From the NCBI GenBank assembly GCA_963730935.1, contig CAVSTP010000004.1, positions 512,001 to 576,000 of the forward strand: 64,000 nucleotides of DNA, in the 5' to 3' direction. Shown here in pieces: positions 51,441-62,006 of the stretch. The notes under the pieces were generated by a model, which saw only the letters and a list, made by a program, of their open reading frames with translations, searched no databases and had not been told where the DNA came from. The translations under genes were made by a program, and so were the position numbers. The stretch comes from an uncultured Nitrospiraceae bacterium. Lineage in GTDB: Bacteria; Nitrospirota; Nitrospiria; Nitrospirales; Nitrospiraceae. Position 1 is the first letter of the stretch; the number at the start of each line of letters is the position of its first letter.

Positions 51441-52388
51441 CTACAGGAAGCGGAAGTATTGCACCGTACTATTGCCGGTCGCCTCATCCCGTTGAAGCAC
51501 CACGGTGCCCGATTTGTTGGTCTCACTGACGGTTAACGACATCCGGGCGGAAAAGATATTACTTTTGACGTCGTAGACGCTGAGCAGGCGGAGTTCTTTG
51601 GCGATTTCGGCGAAGCTGCCCACGCGATCCAGATCCTGCACGGTCTTGAAGGGCCGATTTTGAATAATTTCACCCGCCATGGACTGGCTAATACGAGGAT
51701 CCAGCGCCTGCAACACCAGCACATCGGCAGTATTGATGTTGATGCGGCTCTCGCCCTCTTGCGGGTAGACCGTGACATATTGGAGCAGTTTATCCACGAT
51801 CTCGGGCGTCATGCCTTTGATCAATCGCATTTCGCGCATCGTCTGCAGGGGCGCATTGGCCGCACGATAGGAGGGACGCAACGCCTGGTAATAGACCGAC
51901 TCGGCGCCTGACGGTTCAGGAATCTCGTCGGCGTCCACCCAATCTACAATTGCATCCACGAGATCGGGATTGATTTGCAGAAGGTTGAACAGCCGCTTAA
52001 CCCTCAACACTTTCGTTTTCTTCACGTTGGGATCGACGGCCGTCGCCAGATCGTTCAAGTTCAGTTTGCTCCGCTCATCCTGGATCTGAGCCGTCATCAA
52101 GCCGTCACCAATTGCGTATTTCTCGATCGGAAACGCCCAGAGATCCGTCGTAGCGTCGTACATCTGTCCGGTCTGCTTGTCCTTGAGATGGTCCATTTGC
52201 AGTACAGCGCGCGCCGCCTGAACGGCAGCTCTCGTGAGTACAGTCGCTTTGAAGTTGTCCCGAAAGGCCGAGGCCTCACGATATTCACGGCGGGCCTCGC
52301 TGTCGAACTCGAGAATCAGCGCGACGAGGAGAGCCAGGACGAGAATGGCAAGGAGGAGGGCGACGCCTCGTTCATCATGCCTTCGCAT
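51441..52388 (-). CDS. gspK: T2SS minor pseudopilin K
   Basis: 'RGVALLL', 'DERSKLNLN', 'DWVDAD', 'ININTA'. Confidence 0.92.
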   Translation of the reverse strand: MRRHDERGVALLLAILVLALLVALILEFDSEARREYREASAFRDNFKATVLTRAAVQAARAVLQMDHLKDKQTGQMYDATTDLWAFPIEKYAIGDGLMTAQIQDERSKLNLNDLATAVDPNVKKTKVLRVKRLFNLLQINPDLVDAIVDWVDADEIPEPSGAESVYYQALRPSYRAANAPLQTMREMRLIKGMTPEIVDKLLQYVTVYPQEGESRININTADVLVLQALDPRISQSMAGEIIQNRPFKTVQDLDRVGSFAEIAKELRLLSVYDVKSNIFSARMSLTVSETNKSGTVVLQRDEATGNSTVQYFRFL

Positions 52389-52923
52389 AGGACACGATTC
52401 TGAGAGTGGCGTCGAGGTTGACGGGATTGTCGTACTTGGGCTTGATCTGAAGGTGTTGGACCTGCACGTCGTAAGGGGCCTGCTCGAGCGCCACGAGCAG
52501 CGCCAACAATTGGGGCAGTTGAACGCCGTCCAATCGAAGATCGACGGCCGTTTCCTCGTACCCATGCTGCATCGTCGTCTGCTGCGGCTGCATGCCGACA
52601 ATCCGCTCGCGAATCTGGACCGAGGCTGCAGCCTCCTCCATGAAGGTCAACAGAGAAAATTGACCGTCACCGGCCGGCAGCCGCTGTTCCAACTTCGCTA
52701 ACCGGGTCTGCTTGGCGGCATACTCCGCGGCCATGGCGGACAACTCGATGCGTTCCTTGGATTTTTTGACGGTTTGCCGATCGACCTTGTCGATTCTGGT
52801 CATGAGAGGGTCGATCACGATGAGGAACAACAGGCTAGCGATAACCACAGCAGTACCGATCCCCACGATCAGGCGCTCGCGGGCTGCCAGATGCCGCCAA
52901 CGTTCTTGAAGCATCGCCATCAT
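52375..52923 (-). CDS. gspM: T2SS protein M
   Basis: 'W..LAARER' plus TM and coiled coil; operon position. Confidence 0.8.
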   Translation of the reverse strand: MMAMLQERWRHLAARERLIVGIGTAVVIASLLFLIVIDPLMTRIDKVDRQTVKKSKERIELSAMAAEYAAKQTRLAKLEQRLPAGDGQFSLLTFMEEAAASVQIRERIVGMQPQQTTMQHGYEETAVDLRLDGVQLPQLLALLVALEQAPYDVQVQHLQIKPKYDNPVNLDATLRIVSYAKA

Positions 52924-54494
52924 GGCCGCTGCACCGTATAGGTCAGGCGAAACACTACCTGGTTGGCGGCGGCACCGACGCGCGTATCGCTGACCGACAC
53001 GCCTTGAAATAGCTGGTTCGTCCCAAACGCTTGTTTGATCTTCTCGACGGAATCGAATGAATTGGTTTCGCCCTCAAGATGGACCGAGGCCCCTTCCACC
53101 GTCAGCTCCCGGATCGTCAGGGGAATGCCTGGCGGTAGTTGTTTGGCCAGATCGGACAGGTTCGCCAACACACTGTTGCGGCTGTGGTCGATGACCGCCA
53201 AGCTCTTGTCGAGCTGGGCGACACGATGGCGTGCCACGTCGAGTTCCTCTCCAGGAGACGCCCCTTCACCGAAGGACTGGACGAATTGCGCCTGAAGCCC
53301 TTGTTTCACTTGGGTCAGCGTCGATTGCTTGACCCACACGCGAACCGAGAGATCCGTCAAGGCCAACACTGCGAGAATGAGCCCACCCCAGAGCGCCAGG
53401 CGCTGATCTTTACGTGATTCGCCGGTCCGCGCCGAGGCGGCCTCCGCCGTTGCCGTCAAATCCAGCCCAAGGTCGGAGCCGATCGCCTTGGGCTTCCAGC
53501 GCGGCCTGATAATTTTAGGATGAATCGCAAGGCCAAAGGCTATGGAGAATGCCCGTGGGCAGTTGGCGCCGAATCCTTGTCTGGGACCGACCGGCGTCAA
53601 TCCCAATTCGTGCGCGACATGCCCACCGAGTTCTCGAAGCTTGGAGCCACCACCGGAGACCCAGCAATGCGACAGCCGCTGATGCGCCGCCCCTTCATAG
53701 GCATGTAGCGAGACTCTCAACTCCTTCAGTAACGGCTCGAGCCAACCATCAACCTCCTGCACGGCCATGGCGCGCTTTCGCCGTTCGGCTTCGGCGAAGC
53801 TGCACGCATAACGAACGGCCAGCGCATGAGTCAGGTGGTTTCCACCCCACAGCACGGTGCGAAGCACGGCCGGCCGACCTTCGTGAATGAGGCAGAGGGT
53901 AGTCTTCGTGGCGCCCACGTCGATGATCGCCAGATCACCTGGAACGTGCGCGCCTTCCTCCTGCAGAAACTTGGTCACGGAATACAGCGCCATGCCGTCG
54001 ACGCCGACCACGGCCGGTTTTAAATCTGCGGCTGCAAGGAATTTGAGATGCTCGGCCACCTTATCTTTGGGGGCAGCCGTGATCAATACATCGGCGCCCT
54101 TGGCTTTTTGCCCGTTCCCTGCCGGGCCCCTGGGCGGCAGGACAATACTCCCCATGGCCACGTCATCGAGCGCCATCGGAATCAGATTCTCAACTTCATA
54201 CGGCACCACTTGGTCGAGCTTCGCCGAATCGCGGAAGGGAAAGGACAGGGTACGGATAAAGAGATCTTGGCAGGGGAGGGCCGTGACAATGTCACCGCTC
54301 CCGTAGAGCCCGTTCTGCCACAAGAAATTCCGAAGTTGTCCGGCAAGACGAGCCGGTTCAGCCTGGGCCGGCTTCCCATACGGCAACGGCAGATGGAAAT
54401 ATTCGACGGATTCACGGCCGGACAGCCGACGGCGGAATCGCACCGCCTTGATGGCTGTCTGACCGATATCCAATCCGACGCATTCGCCGATCAT
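52920..54494 (-). CDS. gspL: T2SS protein L (PilM-like actin fold plus PilN-like domain)
   Basis: 'VGLDIG', 'IIDVGATKT', 'GGNHLT', 'VSGGGS'. Confidence 0.85.
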   Translation of the reverse strand: MIGECVGLDIGQTAIKAVRFRRRLSGRESVEYFHLPLPYGKPAQAEPARLAGQLRNFLWQNGLYGSGDIVTALPCQDLFIRTLSFPFRDSAKLDQVVPYEVENLIPMALDDVAMGSIVLPPRGPAGNGQKAKGADVLITAAPKDKVAEHLKFLAAADLKPAVVGVDGMALYSVTKFLQEEGAHVPGDLAIIDVGATKTTLCLIHEGRPAVLRTVLWGGNHLTHALAVRYACSFAEAERRKRAMAVQEVDGWLEPLLKELRVSLHAYEGAAHQRLSHCWVSGGGSKLRELGGHVAHELGLTPVGPRQGFGANCPRAFSIAFGLAIHPKIIRPRWKPKAIGSDLGLDLTATAEAASARTGESRKDQRLALWGGLILAVLALTDLSVRVWVKQSTLTQVKQGLQAQFVQSFGEGASPGEELDVARHRVAQLDKSLAVIDHSRNSVLANLSDLAKQLPPGIPLTIRELTVEGASVHLEGETNSFDSVEKIKQAFGTNQLFQGVSVSDTRVGAAANQVVFRLTYTVQRP

Positions 54495-54532
54495 GGCGTG
54501 AGCACGCCTCCTGTAGGCATTTGGGTGGTATC

Positions 54533-55435
54533 TTACAGGGTTAGCTTGGGATTTGCGAACGATCCGCCAAGTTTGAACGTCAACGGCGTCCCCGGGGGAA
54601 GCGGCGGAATAGGCAAATTCCCAGCCTTTTGAGCCCATCCCGCACCGGCCAGCACAGTGACCGTCACTTCGAGCATGCTCGATTGGACCGGCTGGCGGAG
54701 CAGCAGACGGCCTTGGGCGGTGATCGTCCCATCCGGTCCATCGCCCTTAAAATCCGTGATGTCGCAGACCGCATCGTGACACGTGAGTGCCGCTGTCACG
54801 CGGGAAAAGTTCAACGAAGGAATGGCGGCAGGTCCGAGAGGGATCCGCTCCAGAACCAAATCCTTAATCTCGGCCTTCCATGAGCCATCGCCTTTAAAGA
54901 CGACGCCTTCCTTTCCTCGGCTCTCCCACCGGTGCATGACGTCGGCCTGCAGCAGTCCCCTCGTCACGTACGGCTTGATCACCGAGGCCAGATCCACCTG
55001 CTGCGCATGCGCCTTCAGCGAGACCGGACCGAGAAAGGACCAGGATGCAGCATTGACCGTGCCTGTCGCTCTCGCAGTCCCCGCTTGACCACCGCCGGGA
55101 AATTGCACAACGGCATCCACCGTCTGCTGGCCCATCAGCAACCCGAGCACGCCGACGTTGAGGCGCATCAGTTGGACAGAAATACTGGCTCCGCCAGGCT
55201 TTGTCCAAGTCAGATCGCGCCACTCCACTGCAAGGGGGAGACCGGGAGACCAGTCCGCGGCACGAATGTCCCAGCCCGTCGCTCGAATCAGCTCAGAGAG
55301 CACTCTCGACTGCAGAATGCCAAAGGGGAAGGTGAGGAACAAAAAGACCAGCAGGCTCACAATCCCTCCTGCAACCCAAGCCAAGGGCTCCTTTTTGAGT
55401 GTAAATGTCGTCGGCCAAGGAAGCCGGGCGATCAT
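54533..55435 (-). CDS. gspN: T2SS protein N
   Basis: 'FLFLTFP' after the N-terminal TM; C-terminal 'GSFANPK'. Confidence 0.75.
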   Translation of the reverse strand: MIARLPWPTTFTLKKEPLAWVAGGIVSLLVFLFLTFPFGILQSRVLSELIRATGWDIRAADWSPGLPLAVEWRDLTWTKPGGASISVQLMRLNVGVLGLLMGQQTVDAVVQFPGGGQAGTARATGTVNAASWSFLGPVSLKAHAQQVDLASVIKPYVTRGLLQADVMHRWESRGKEGVVFKGDGSWKAEIKDLVLERIPLGPAAIPSLNFSRVTAALTCHDAVCDITDFKGDGPDGTITAQGRLLLRQPVQSSMLEVTVTVLAGAGWAQKAGNLPIPPLPPGTPLTFKLGGSFANPKLTL

Positions 55436-56067
55436 GACTTTACCCCGACCATCACCCATTGACGGAAGGTGCGCATTTCCTCTGAAGGGTCCTGTGCGTT
55501 GTCCTGGGTCAAGATCAGTTCGATCAGGATCGCGCGGGGCGTAGACGTTCTTGCCCGGCCGTCCCATTCATCCAACCAGGCATTGGCTTGGGAGTCGAAA
55601 TACCGAATATTGAAGCCCTTGACGAGGCTGGCCAGCTCGAATTGATCCAGACTCTCGTCGGTGACACCATAAATGTTGCGCCTGATGAACCGCAGCAGAC
55701 GATCGTCTTCCCTCGTATAGACGATACGAACCATCTCCGACTCTTGCACCGACTCGCCGCCGCGGAACTGTCCCAAGGTATTAAACGCAAGCGTGTCAGC
55801 CGGCTGCCCGTCCCTCGTCGCATTGATACCCATCATGGGTCCGATGGAGGTCGTGACCGCTGTGGATATCTCCTCGGACATGATCCGTAAGGTGCTGCGC
55901 AACAGCTGCTCGCGCGCCGCGGAACGTCTGGCGCCATCCATGGCAACGGTGCTCAAATGCAACGAGCCAAAGACCATGGCTGCGATGACCGCGACAAGCG
56001 CAGTGGCCAGCAGTACCTCCACGAGCGTGAAAGCGTCCTCAGAATCCAGCCGTGGTCGCAAATACAT
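55432..56067 (-). CDS. gspJ: T2SS minor pseudopilin J
   Basis: prepilin-like 'AFTLVEVLLA'; 'WLDEWD', 'PRAILIEL'. Confidence 0.85.
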   Translation of the reverse strand: MYLRPRLDSEDAFTLVEVLLATALVAVIAAMVFGSLHLSTVAMDGARRSAAREQLLRSTLRIMSEEISTAVTTSIGPMMGINATRDGQPADTLAFNTLGQFRGGESVQESEMVRIVYTREDDRLLRFIRRNIYGVTDESLDQFELASLVKGFNIRYFDSQANAWLDEWDGRARTSTPRAILIELILTQDNAQDPSEEMRTFRQWVMVGVKS

Positions 56068-56470
56068 AGGTGCTGGCCTCCAGCACTTCATCGGTCGCTC
56101 CTTGCTGCCAGAGAATCTGGATTTTTACTTCGCGAACGGACGTCAAGGGCGTCGTCGTGATGATGCGCTTCCATCGATACTGTTCAGCCCGATTCGCGAC
56201 GTCGCCGGGCACTTGGTAGCCTGGTGGGGGATTGCGGAAATCGCCGGTGGTTTCTCCGATCGGATAGACAGGACTGAGCTCCGCCTCGATCAGTTTCTCC
56301 TGAGCCAACATCGTGGCGGCAGTAATGTCGGCCGCCCGGGAATGAAGATTGAGGTCCCAATTGCGCAACCCGAGAAGAATCGGCATGGCCAGGGCCAGAA
56401 TCGCCATGGCAATCAGTACCTCGAAGAGGGTAAAGCCCTGAGCGTCGGTTGCCGACGAACGCCGCATCAT
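56039..56470 (-). CDS. gspI: T2SS minor pseudopilin I
   Basis: 'GFTLFEVLIAMAIL'. Confidence 0.85.
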   Translation of the reverse strand: MMRRSSATDAQGFTLFEVLIAMAILALAMPILLGLRNWDLNLHSRAADITAATMLAQEKLIEAELSPVYPIGETTGDFRNPPPGYQVPGDVANRAEQYRWKRIITTTPLTSVREVKIQILWQQGATDEVLEASTYVFATTAGF

Positions 56471-56497
56471 CTGCTCGTGCTGCTCATTGCGCTCATC

Positions 56498-57169
56498 CTA
56501 CTTAGTGGATGAAATACCTTGTTTGGGGACGGGCAATCCCGGTCGAATCCCGGGCGTGACCGGCTGAAGCAACGGCCGGATCCGGTCGGGAATAGTCCAG
56601 GGTCTCGGCGGGTCGATTCGGTGATCCGTGATGCGGATCATCGACGTTACAGGCTCCACGAAGACGCCCATGATGTTATTGTTGACGTCGGTCAAATGCA
56701 CGATCGCCTGATCGATCCGGCCGTTCGGGTAGAAGAAAATCTCCACGCGGCCCGTTTCTCTTCTGTTGACACCCACCTGGACATCGGCGAATCGGATCGT
56801 CTCGGGCAAGGTGATCGGCATGGCCCAGGTCGGATCGAGCGGAATCTTTTCCTCTTTGCCGTCCAGGACCATCGGCCAATACATGCCCCGGTCAATATCG
56901 ACATACAGTCGAACGGTCTTCTGGCCCATCATCGCGAGTTCCTGAAAAGACTTCATCGCCCCCACCCATTTGCGTCCAACACTACCGAGATTGTCGCCGA
57001 TCGAAAGCCTCGGTATGACCATGCTGAGCATTCCGACCATCAGGAACAACACGAGCGCAATTTCCAGCATCGTGAAACCGCCCGAGGAGCGCCAATCCTG
57101 GACGCACGGGGTGAGGCCCTCCGACGACCACGGTCGCCACGGCGTGTGCACGGAAGCTTTGACGGTCAT
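56498..57169 (-). CDS. gspH: T2SS minor pseudopilin H
   Basis: 'GFTMLEIALVL', 'FFYPNG'; start uncertain. Confidence 0.8.
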   Translation of the reverse strand: MTVKASVHTPWRPWSSEGLTPCVQDWRSSGGFTMLEIALVLFLMVGMLSMVIPRLSIGDNLGSVGRKWVGAMKSFQELAMMGQKTVRLYVDIDRGMYWPMVLDGKEEKIPLDPTWAMPITLPETIRFADVQVGVNRRETGRVEIFFYPNGRIDQAIVHLTDVNNNIMGVFVEPVTSMIRITDHRIDPPRPWTIPDRIRPLLQPVTPGIRPGLPVPKQGISSTK

Positions 57170-57175
57170 TCGCCC

Positions 57176-57652
57176 TTAATCCTTGTCCATGTTCCAGTTG
57201 GTAATATCGGCGTTCACACCTTCACCGCCGGCTTCTCCGTCCGTTGCATAGGAGGTAATTTCGTAATCGCCTTTCACTTGCCCGTATTGTCCCTGCTGCA
57301 CAGGGGCCGGGCTCAGGTACTTGTAGGGATTGCCCCACGGATCTTCAGGAATACTGGGGAGATAGCCGCCCAACTTCCATTTTTTCGGCACCATGCCGAC
57401 CGAGGGCTTTTCGACCAGAGACTTGAGGCCTTGCTCGGTCGAAGGGTAGACGCCGTTGTCCAGCTTATACAGCTGAAGAGCGCCCTCGATGTTTCGAATC
57501 TGTACCTTCGCCGCCGTACGCTTGGCATCGTCCGTTCGTCCCATGATGCGTGGAACGACCAGGGCGGCCAGGATGGCAAGGATCGCCACCACCACCATGA
57601 TCTCGATGAATGTGAAGCCGCGCTCCGCTCGAAGGATCGTGCTATAGGTCAT
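57176..57652 (-). CDS. gspG: T2SS major pseudopilin G
   Basis: 'GFTFIEIMVVVAIL', 'YKLDNG.YPSTEQGL', 'DPWGNPY'. Confidence 0.95.
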   Translation of the reverse strand: MTYSTILRAERGFTFIEIMVVVAILAILAALVVPRIMGRTDDAKRTAAKVQIRNIEGALQLYKLDNGVYPSTEQGLKSLVEKPSVGMVPKKWKLGGYLPSIPEDPWGNPYKYLSPAPVQQGQYGQVKGDYEITSYATDGEAGGEGVNADITNWNMDKD

Positions 57653-57702
57653 TTCTGTGTCTCTCTCTGCGTGCACCGGTCGCCTCCTTCAATAAAAACC
57701 GT

Positions 57703-58944
57703 TTACTTGACCATCTGGCCCATTTCGAAGATGGGCAGCAGAATCGCCACCACGATGAACAGCACGATGACCCCCATGACCACGATCATCACCGGCTCCA
57801 GCAACGATGTAAATCGAGTGATCACTCGATCGACCTCACCGTCATAGATCTGCCCGATCCGGCGCAGCATCTCCTCCATCTCGCCACTCTTTTCACCCAC
57901 GGCAATCATGTGCGTCACCAACGGCGGGAACTGGCCGCTTCGCTTTAAGGGCTCCGCAATCGTTTCGCCTTCCCGAATGTTCTGCCGGGCTTCTTCCACG
58001 GCATGTTCGAGCACTCGGTTGTTCATGACGCGTCTCGACACATCCAGCGCTTCCAACAGCTGCACGCCGCTGGACAACATGGTGGCCAACGTGCTGGCAA
58101 GCCGGGAAATCGACACCATGCGGGCCACCTGACCGATCAGCGGCAGCTTGAGCAGCCACCGGTCCGTCATGAGCTGACCGGTTTCCGTTTTCTTCACACG
58201 GCGGACGCTCCAGAGGCCCACCAGAATCATTCCCAACAGCACCATCCAATAGTCGGAACAAAAGCGGCTGACCTCCATCAACACCACGGTCGGCCACGGC
58301 AACGCCTGTTTGGAATGCGCAAACACCGCTGTGATCTTCGGCACGACGAACGTCACTAGAAAAAACAGCACCAGGGTGCCGACGACCAGCATGATGGCGG
58401 GGTAGAGGATGGCATTCGTCACTTTGTGTTTGAGGGCCAATTGTTTTTCCAGGAACTCAGCCAAGCGGAACAAGATCTGGTCGAGGGCGCCGCTGGCTTC
58501 CCCAGCGCGCACCATATGGACATAAATAGAAGAGAAGTCCCGGGGATAGCGCTCGAGGACGGCGCTGTACGAGGCGCCTCCACGTATGGCTTCCCGGACA
58601 TCGGCGATCAGCCCCTTGATCGCCTTTTTTTCGGTCTGGTCCATGAGCACGCCCAACGCATCGACGAGCGGCAGACCGGCGACCAGCAGGGTGGCCAGTT
58701 GCCGCGTCATCAAGGCCACATCGGTGACCGTCAAAATCTGCGAGCGGTGGCCAAGGCTGGCACCAGACGCCGGCTCAGACCGGCTGCTCATTCCCCTGGT
58801 GGCACCTTCCTGTTCCGCCATCTCGGTGGGGAAGACGCCGTCTTTACGCAGTTTCAGACGGGCGACCTTGGGGCTTTCGGCATCGACGATGCCGGTCGCA
58901 GCCGCACCGTCCGCCTTAAACCCTCGATATTGATAGACCGGCAT
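57703..58944 (-). CDS. gspF: T2SS inner-membrane platform protein F
   Basis: 'TRQLATLL.AGLPL', 'AGEASGAL', 'VGEKSG'. Confidence 0.95.
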   Translation of the reverse strand: MPVYQYRGFKADGAAATGIVDAESPKVARLKLRKDGVFPTEMAEQEGATRGMSSRSEPASGASLGHRSQILTVTDVALMTRQLATLLVAGLPLVDALGVLMDQTEKKAIKGLIADVREAIRGGASYSAVLERYPRDFSSIYVHMVRAGEASGALDQILFRLAEFLEKQLALKHKVTNAILYPAIMLVVGTLVLFFLVTFVVPKITAVFAHSKQALPWPTVVLMEVSRFCSDYWMVLLGMILVGLWSVRRVKKTETGQLMTDRWLLKLPLIGQVARMVSISRLASTLATMLSSGVQLLEALDVSRRVMNNRVLEHAVEEARQNIREGETIAEPLKRSGQFPPLVTHMIAVGEKSGEMEEMLRRIGQIYDGEVDRVITRFTSLLEPVMIVVMGVIVLFIVVAILLPIFEMGQMVK

Positions 58945-58948
58945 GCGG

Positions 58949-60679
58949 CTAGACCTCGACCTCTTGCTGTGTCATGCGCATGACCTCTTCAGTGGTCGTG
59001 ATACCAGCGAAGATTTTTTCTGCGGCTTCCTCTTTCAACAGCACCATGCCGCGGGACACAGCGGCCTGCCGAATGGCGGCAGCATCGGATTTGCTGCCGA
59101 TCAACCGGCGAACTTCGTCGTCCAGCACGAGCAGCTCATGAATGCCGGTACGGCCGCGATAGCCGGTCTGCGTGCAGGCCGGACAGCCGGTGCCGCGAAA
59201 AAACGTCGGTTTACTCTTCCCCGGCACCACGCCAAGCCTGATCAGTTCTTCGTCATCTGGCTGATAGGCCTGCTTGCAATCAGGACAGACCTTCCGGATC
59301 AGCCGCTGCGCCAGGACCGCAACGACAGACGACGCCACGAGAAACGGCTCGATTCCCATATCGATCAGCCGTGTGGCGGCGCTGGCCGCATCATTGGTGT
59401 GCAGCGTCGAGAACACCAGGTGGCCGGTGAGTGAGGCGTGGATGGCGATCTCGGCCGTTTCCCGGTCGCGGATCTCTCCGATCATGATGACGTCCGGATC
59501 CTGGCGTAGGATCGACCGCAGCCCAGCCGCAAACGTCAGGTTGATCTTGGGATTGACCTGCATCTGTCCGATGCCGAGAAGCTGATACTCGACGGGATCT
59601 TCGACGGTGATGATGTTCTTGTCCGGCGCATTGATTTCGCTCAGCGCCGCATACAATGTGGTCGTTTTCCCGCTTCCGGTCGGTCCGGTCACGAGGAGAA
59701 TCCCGTGCGTGAGCCGAATGAGCTGTTGGATCGTGTGGAGCCGGTCCGGTGAAAATCCCATTTCGGAAAGGTTCAGCAGACGGTTTTCCTTCTCGAGCAA
59801 ACGCAGCACCACTCGCTCTCCGTGAGACGTGGGAAGTACCGAGACCCGGAGGTCCACGTCCTTGCCCGCCGTTCGTATGGCGAAGCGGCCATCCTGCGGT
59901 AACCGCTTTTCTGCAATGTTCAGCCCCGACATGATTTTCAGACGGGCAATGATGCTCGACTGCAGATGTTTAGGGGGCGTCAGAATGGGGTAGAGCACAC
60001 CGTCAATGCGGTAGCGGACGACCAGACCTCGTTCGAACGATTCGAAGTGAATGTCACTGGCGCGTTGGCGGACGGCCTGGAAGAGGACCGAGTTGACCAG
60101 CCTGATGATCGGCGCTTCATCGGTCGCGTCCAGCAAGTCTTGTGGCTCGTCCAGTTCATGCGCGATCTTGTCCAAATTCTCGCTGGCGGCAATGTCCTCC
60201 ATGACCTGTTCGGCGCCGGTCGGACTTGCGACATCGTCATATGCACGATTAAGGCAAGACATCAGGGACATGGCGCTCGTCAACACGGCCTTCACCGGCA
60301 TGCCGAGCAGCAGCCGCAGGTCGTCGAGGGCCGCGGTCTCCAAGGGGTCCGTGGTGGCGACGACGATCGCCCCGTCGTCGACTTTCAACGGCAGCACCCG
60401 GTACCGCCGCGCAAAATGGATCGGCACCTTCTTGATCCATTGATGATCGACTTGTGCCACATCCAAATGGGGCAGCCAGGGCATCTCGAACTGAATGGCT
60501 AACGCCTGGAGGAGCAGATCCTCTTCGATGGCCCTGATCTTGAGCAAGGCTTCGCCGAGACGGCCGCCTTTGGTCTGCTGGATGTTCAATGCCTCCAGCA
60601 GCTTGGCCTCGGAAAGTCCGAATTTTTGCTCGAGGATGGCCCCGAGCAAGGGTCTGGTCACAGGTGTGTGTTTAGCCAC
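58949..60679 (-). CDS. gspE: T2SS ATPase E
   Basis: 'ASDIHFE', GPTGSGKT, 'LRQDPDVIMIGEIRD', 'TGHLVFSTLH', tetracysteine motif. Confidence 0.95.
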   Translation of the reverse strand: MAKHTPVTRPLLGAILEQKFGLSEAKLLEALNIQQTKGGRLGEALLKIRAIEEDLLLQALAIQFEMPWLPHLDVAQVDHQWIKKVPIHFARRYRVLPLKVDDGAIVVATTDPLETAALDDLRLLLGMPVKAVLTSAMSLMSCLNRAYDDVASPTGAEQVMEDIAASENLDKIAHELDEPQDLLDATDEAPIIRLVNSVLFQAVRQRASDIHFESFERGLVVRYRIDGVLYPILTPPKHLQSSIIARLKIMSGLNIAEKRLPQDGRFAIRTAGKDVDLRVSVLPTSHGERVVLRLLEKENRLLNLSEMGFSPDRLHTIQQLIRLTHGILLVTGPTGSGKTTTLYAALSEINAPDKNIITVEDPVEYQLLGIGQMQVNPKINLTFAAGLRSILRQDPDVIMIGEIRDRETAEIAIHASLTGHLVFSTLHTNDAASAATRLIDMGIEPFLVASSVVAVLAQRLIRKVCPDCKQAYQPDDEELIRLGVVPGKSKPTFFRGTGCPACTQTGYRGRTGIHELLVLDDEVRRLIGSKSDAAAIRQAAVSRGMVLLKEEAAEKIFAGITTTEEVMRMTQQEVEV

Positions 60680-60882
60680 CAGTCTGTCCGTTCATGTCAA
60701 TCCTGGGGTTTGTCCTACCCCATCTGTCAGGCTCAAGATCACGTAACTGCCAGAAAGATCATAAGTTACTCCTGTCCACGGGCCCTGACAAGCAGCGAGA
60801 GCTATAGCGCCCTCATCTGGGAGGATACCCAGGGATCCAAGCGGGTGTGGCGGATAAGAGGAAGACCTCGATGCCCCGACAA

Positions 60883-61755
60883 CTAACGAATGTCGAACAT
60901 CATGGTCGTGCGCTGATTATTGCGTAAGATGTCGAGTTTGACGGACTTTTCGTTGCGTAGTTGCTGAAATAATGACAGCATGGTGCCGGGATCTTTGATT
61001 TCCACTCCATTAACCTGTTTCAAGACATCGCCATATTGCAGCCCGATCTTTTCGTAAAAGCTGCTCTTGGCGATGTAATCCAGGCGGAATCCGGTGATCG
61101 CGCCGTTGGCGAGAACGGGGGCGGCGCGGGCCTGCGACAGCAGCTTTGGCAGATCATTCAATGCTTGTTCAACTTCACGACGGTCGAGGACTTTCTTGAT
61201 CTGACCTCCGGCTACGGCCGCTGGAGGACCGGTGGACACGACCTGCGCAGTCGGAGGGCTCTCCAATCCTGTAGACAAGGGCAAGAATTCCTGTTGAGTG
61301 CCTTGCCGAACAAGAATCCCACTCCGTTGGATCTCAGCAATCTCGCCGATGTCCGGGATCACCTCGTGGAGCCGGACAAACAGCTGCCGCTTGCTTCCCA
61401 ACTCTTCGATGATGGCGGAAACGCCGCCGCGGTCTCCGACAACGACTCCGAGCAATTTCAGCTTTGACGCAAGGTTCAAGGGCTGCCGCACGGGGACACC
61501 ACCGGGGCCGACAGGCATGCCGCCCTCGGTAAGGTTGACCGGATCCGGCGGAAGCGGAAACAGCCCGCTCATGCGCACATGTTCGGCGAGCGCCGATGGC
61601 GACCGGGTCGCCGAACCGTCCTGGTCAGCCGCCCGCGGCAGCGCGACTCCCGAGGGCAGGAACAAGGCTTCGGCGATGACGGCATTGATCGTATGAGCGA
61701 TCAAAAACGTCACCCCGAGCACAAGGACCAGTATGATCGCGCGACGCGACGTCAT
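60883..61755 (-). CDS. gspC: T2SS protein C with PDZ domain
   Basis: TM, HR domain 'LKLLGVV..SAII', PDZ 'GLQYGDVLKQVNG'; start uncertain. Confidence 0.85.
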   Translation of the reverse strand: MTSRRAIILVLVLGVTFLIAHTINAVIAEALFLPSGVALPRAADQDGSATRSPSALAEHVRMSGLFPLPPDPVNLTEGGMPVGPGGVPVRQPLNLASKLKLLGVVVGDRGGVSAIIEELGSKRQLFVRLHEVIPDIGEIAEIQRSGILVRQGTQQEFLPLSTGLESPPTAQVVSTGPPAAVAGGQIKKVLDRREVEQALNDLPKLLSQARAAPVLANGAITGFRLDYIAKSSFYEKIGLQYGDVLKQVNGVEIKDPGTMLSLFQQLRNEKSVKLDILRNNQRTTMMFDIR

Positions 61756-62006
61756 CGCGCGAATGGTTCCGATGGTCGGGTGTACATCGTGGACTATTGT
61801 AATGCGCTCACTTGCGAGGCGCAATAGATCCCGGGCTTTCTGAACACGAGAATTCACGTCCAAGCATCAAAGTTGCCCAAGGTCGAATCCTCAAACCGAC
61901 AGAGCCCTCGCGGCAGAATCAGGCAGGACCGCGTGAGATGTATGAGTCAGTGGACAATCCACCGGAATCGTTTCATAATTTCAGCCAACCATACAAGGAG
62001 AGGCAC

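Noticed and set aside
56519..57847. 442-aa plus-strand ORF, and similar long ORFs at 3734-4621, 35377-36429 and 62849-63949
   Set aside because: Antisense shadows of well-supported genes in GC-rich DNA; no recognisable motifs.
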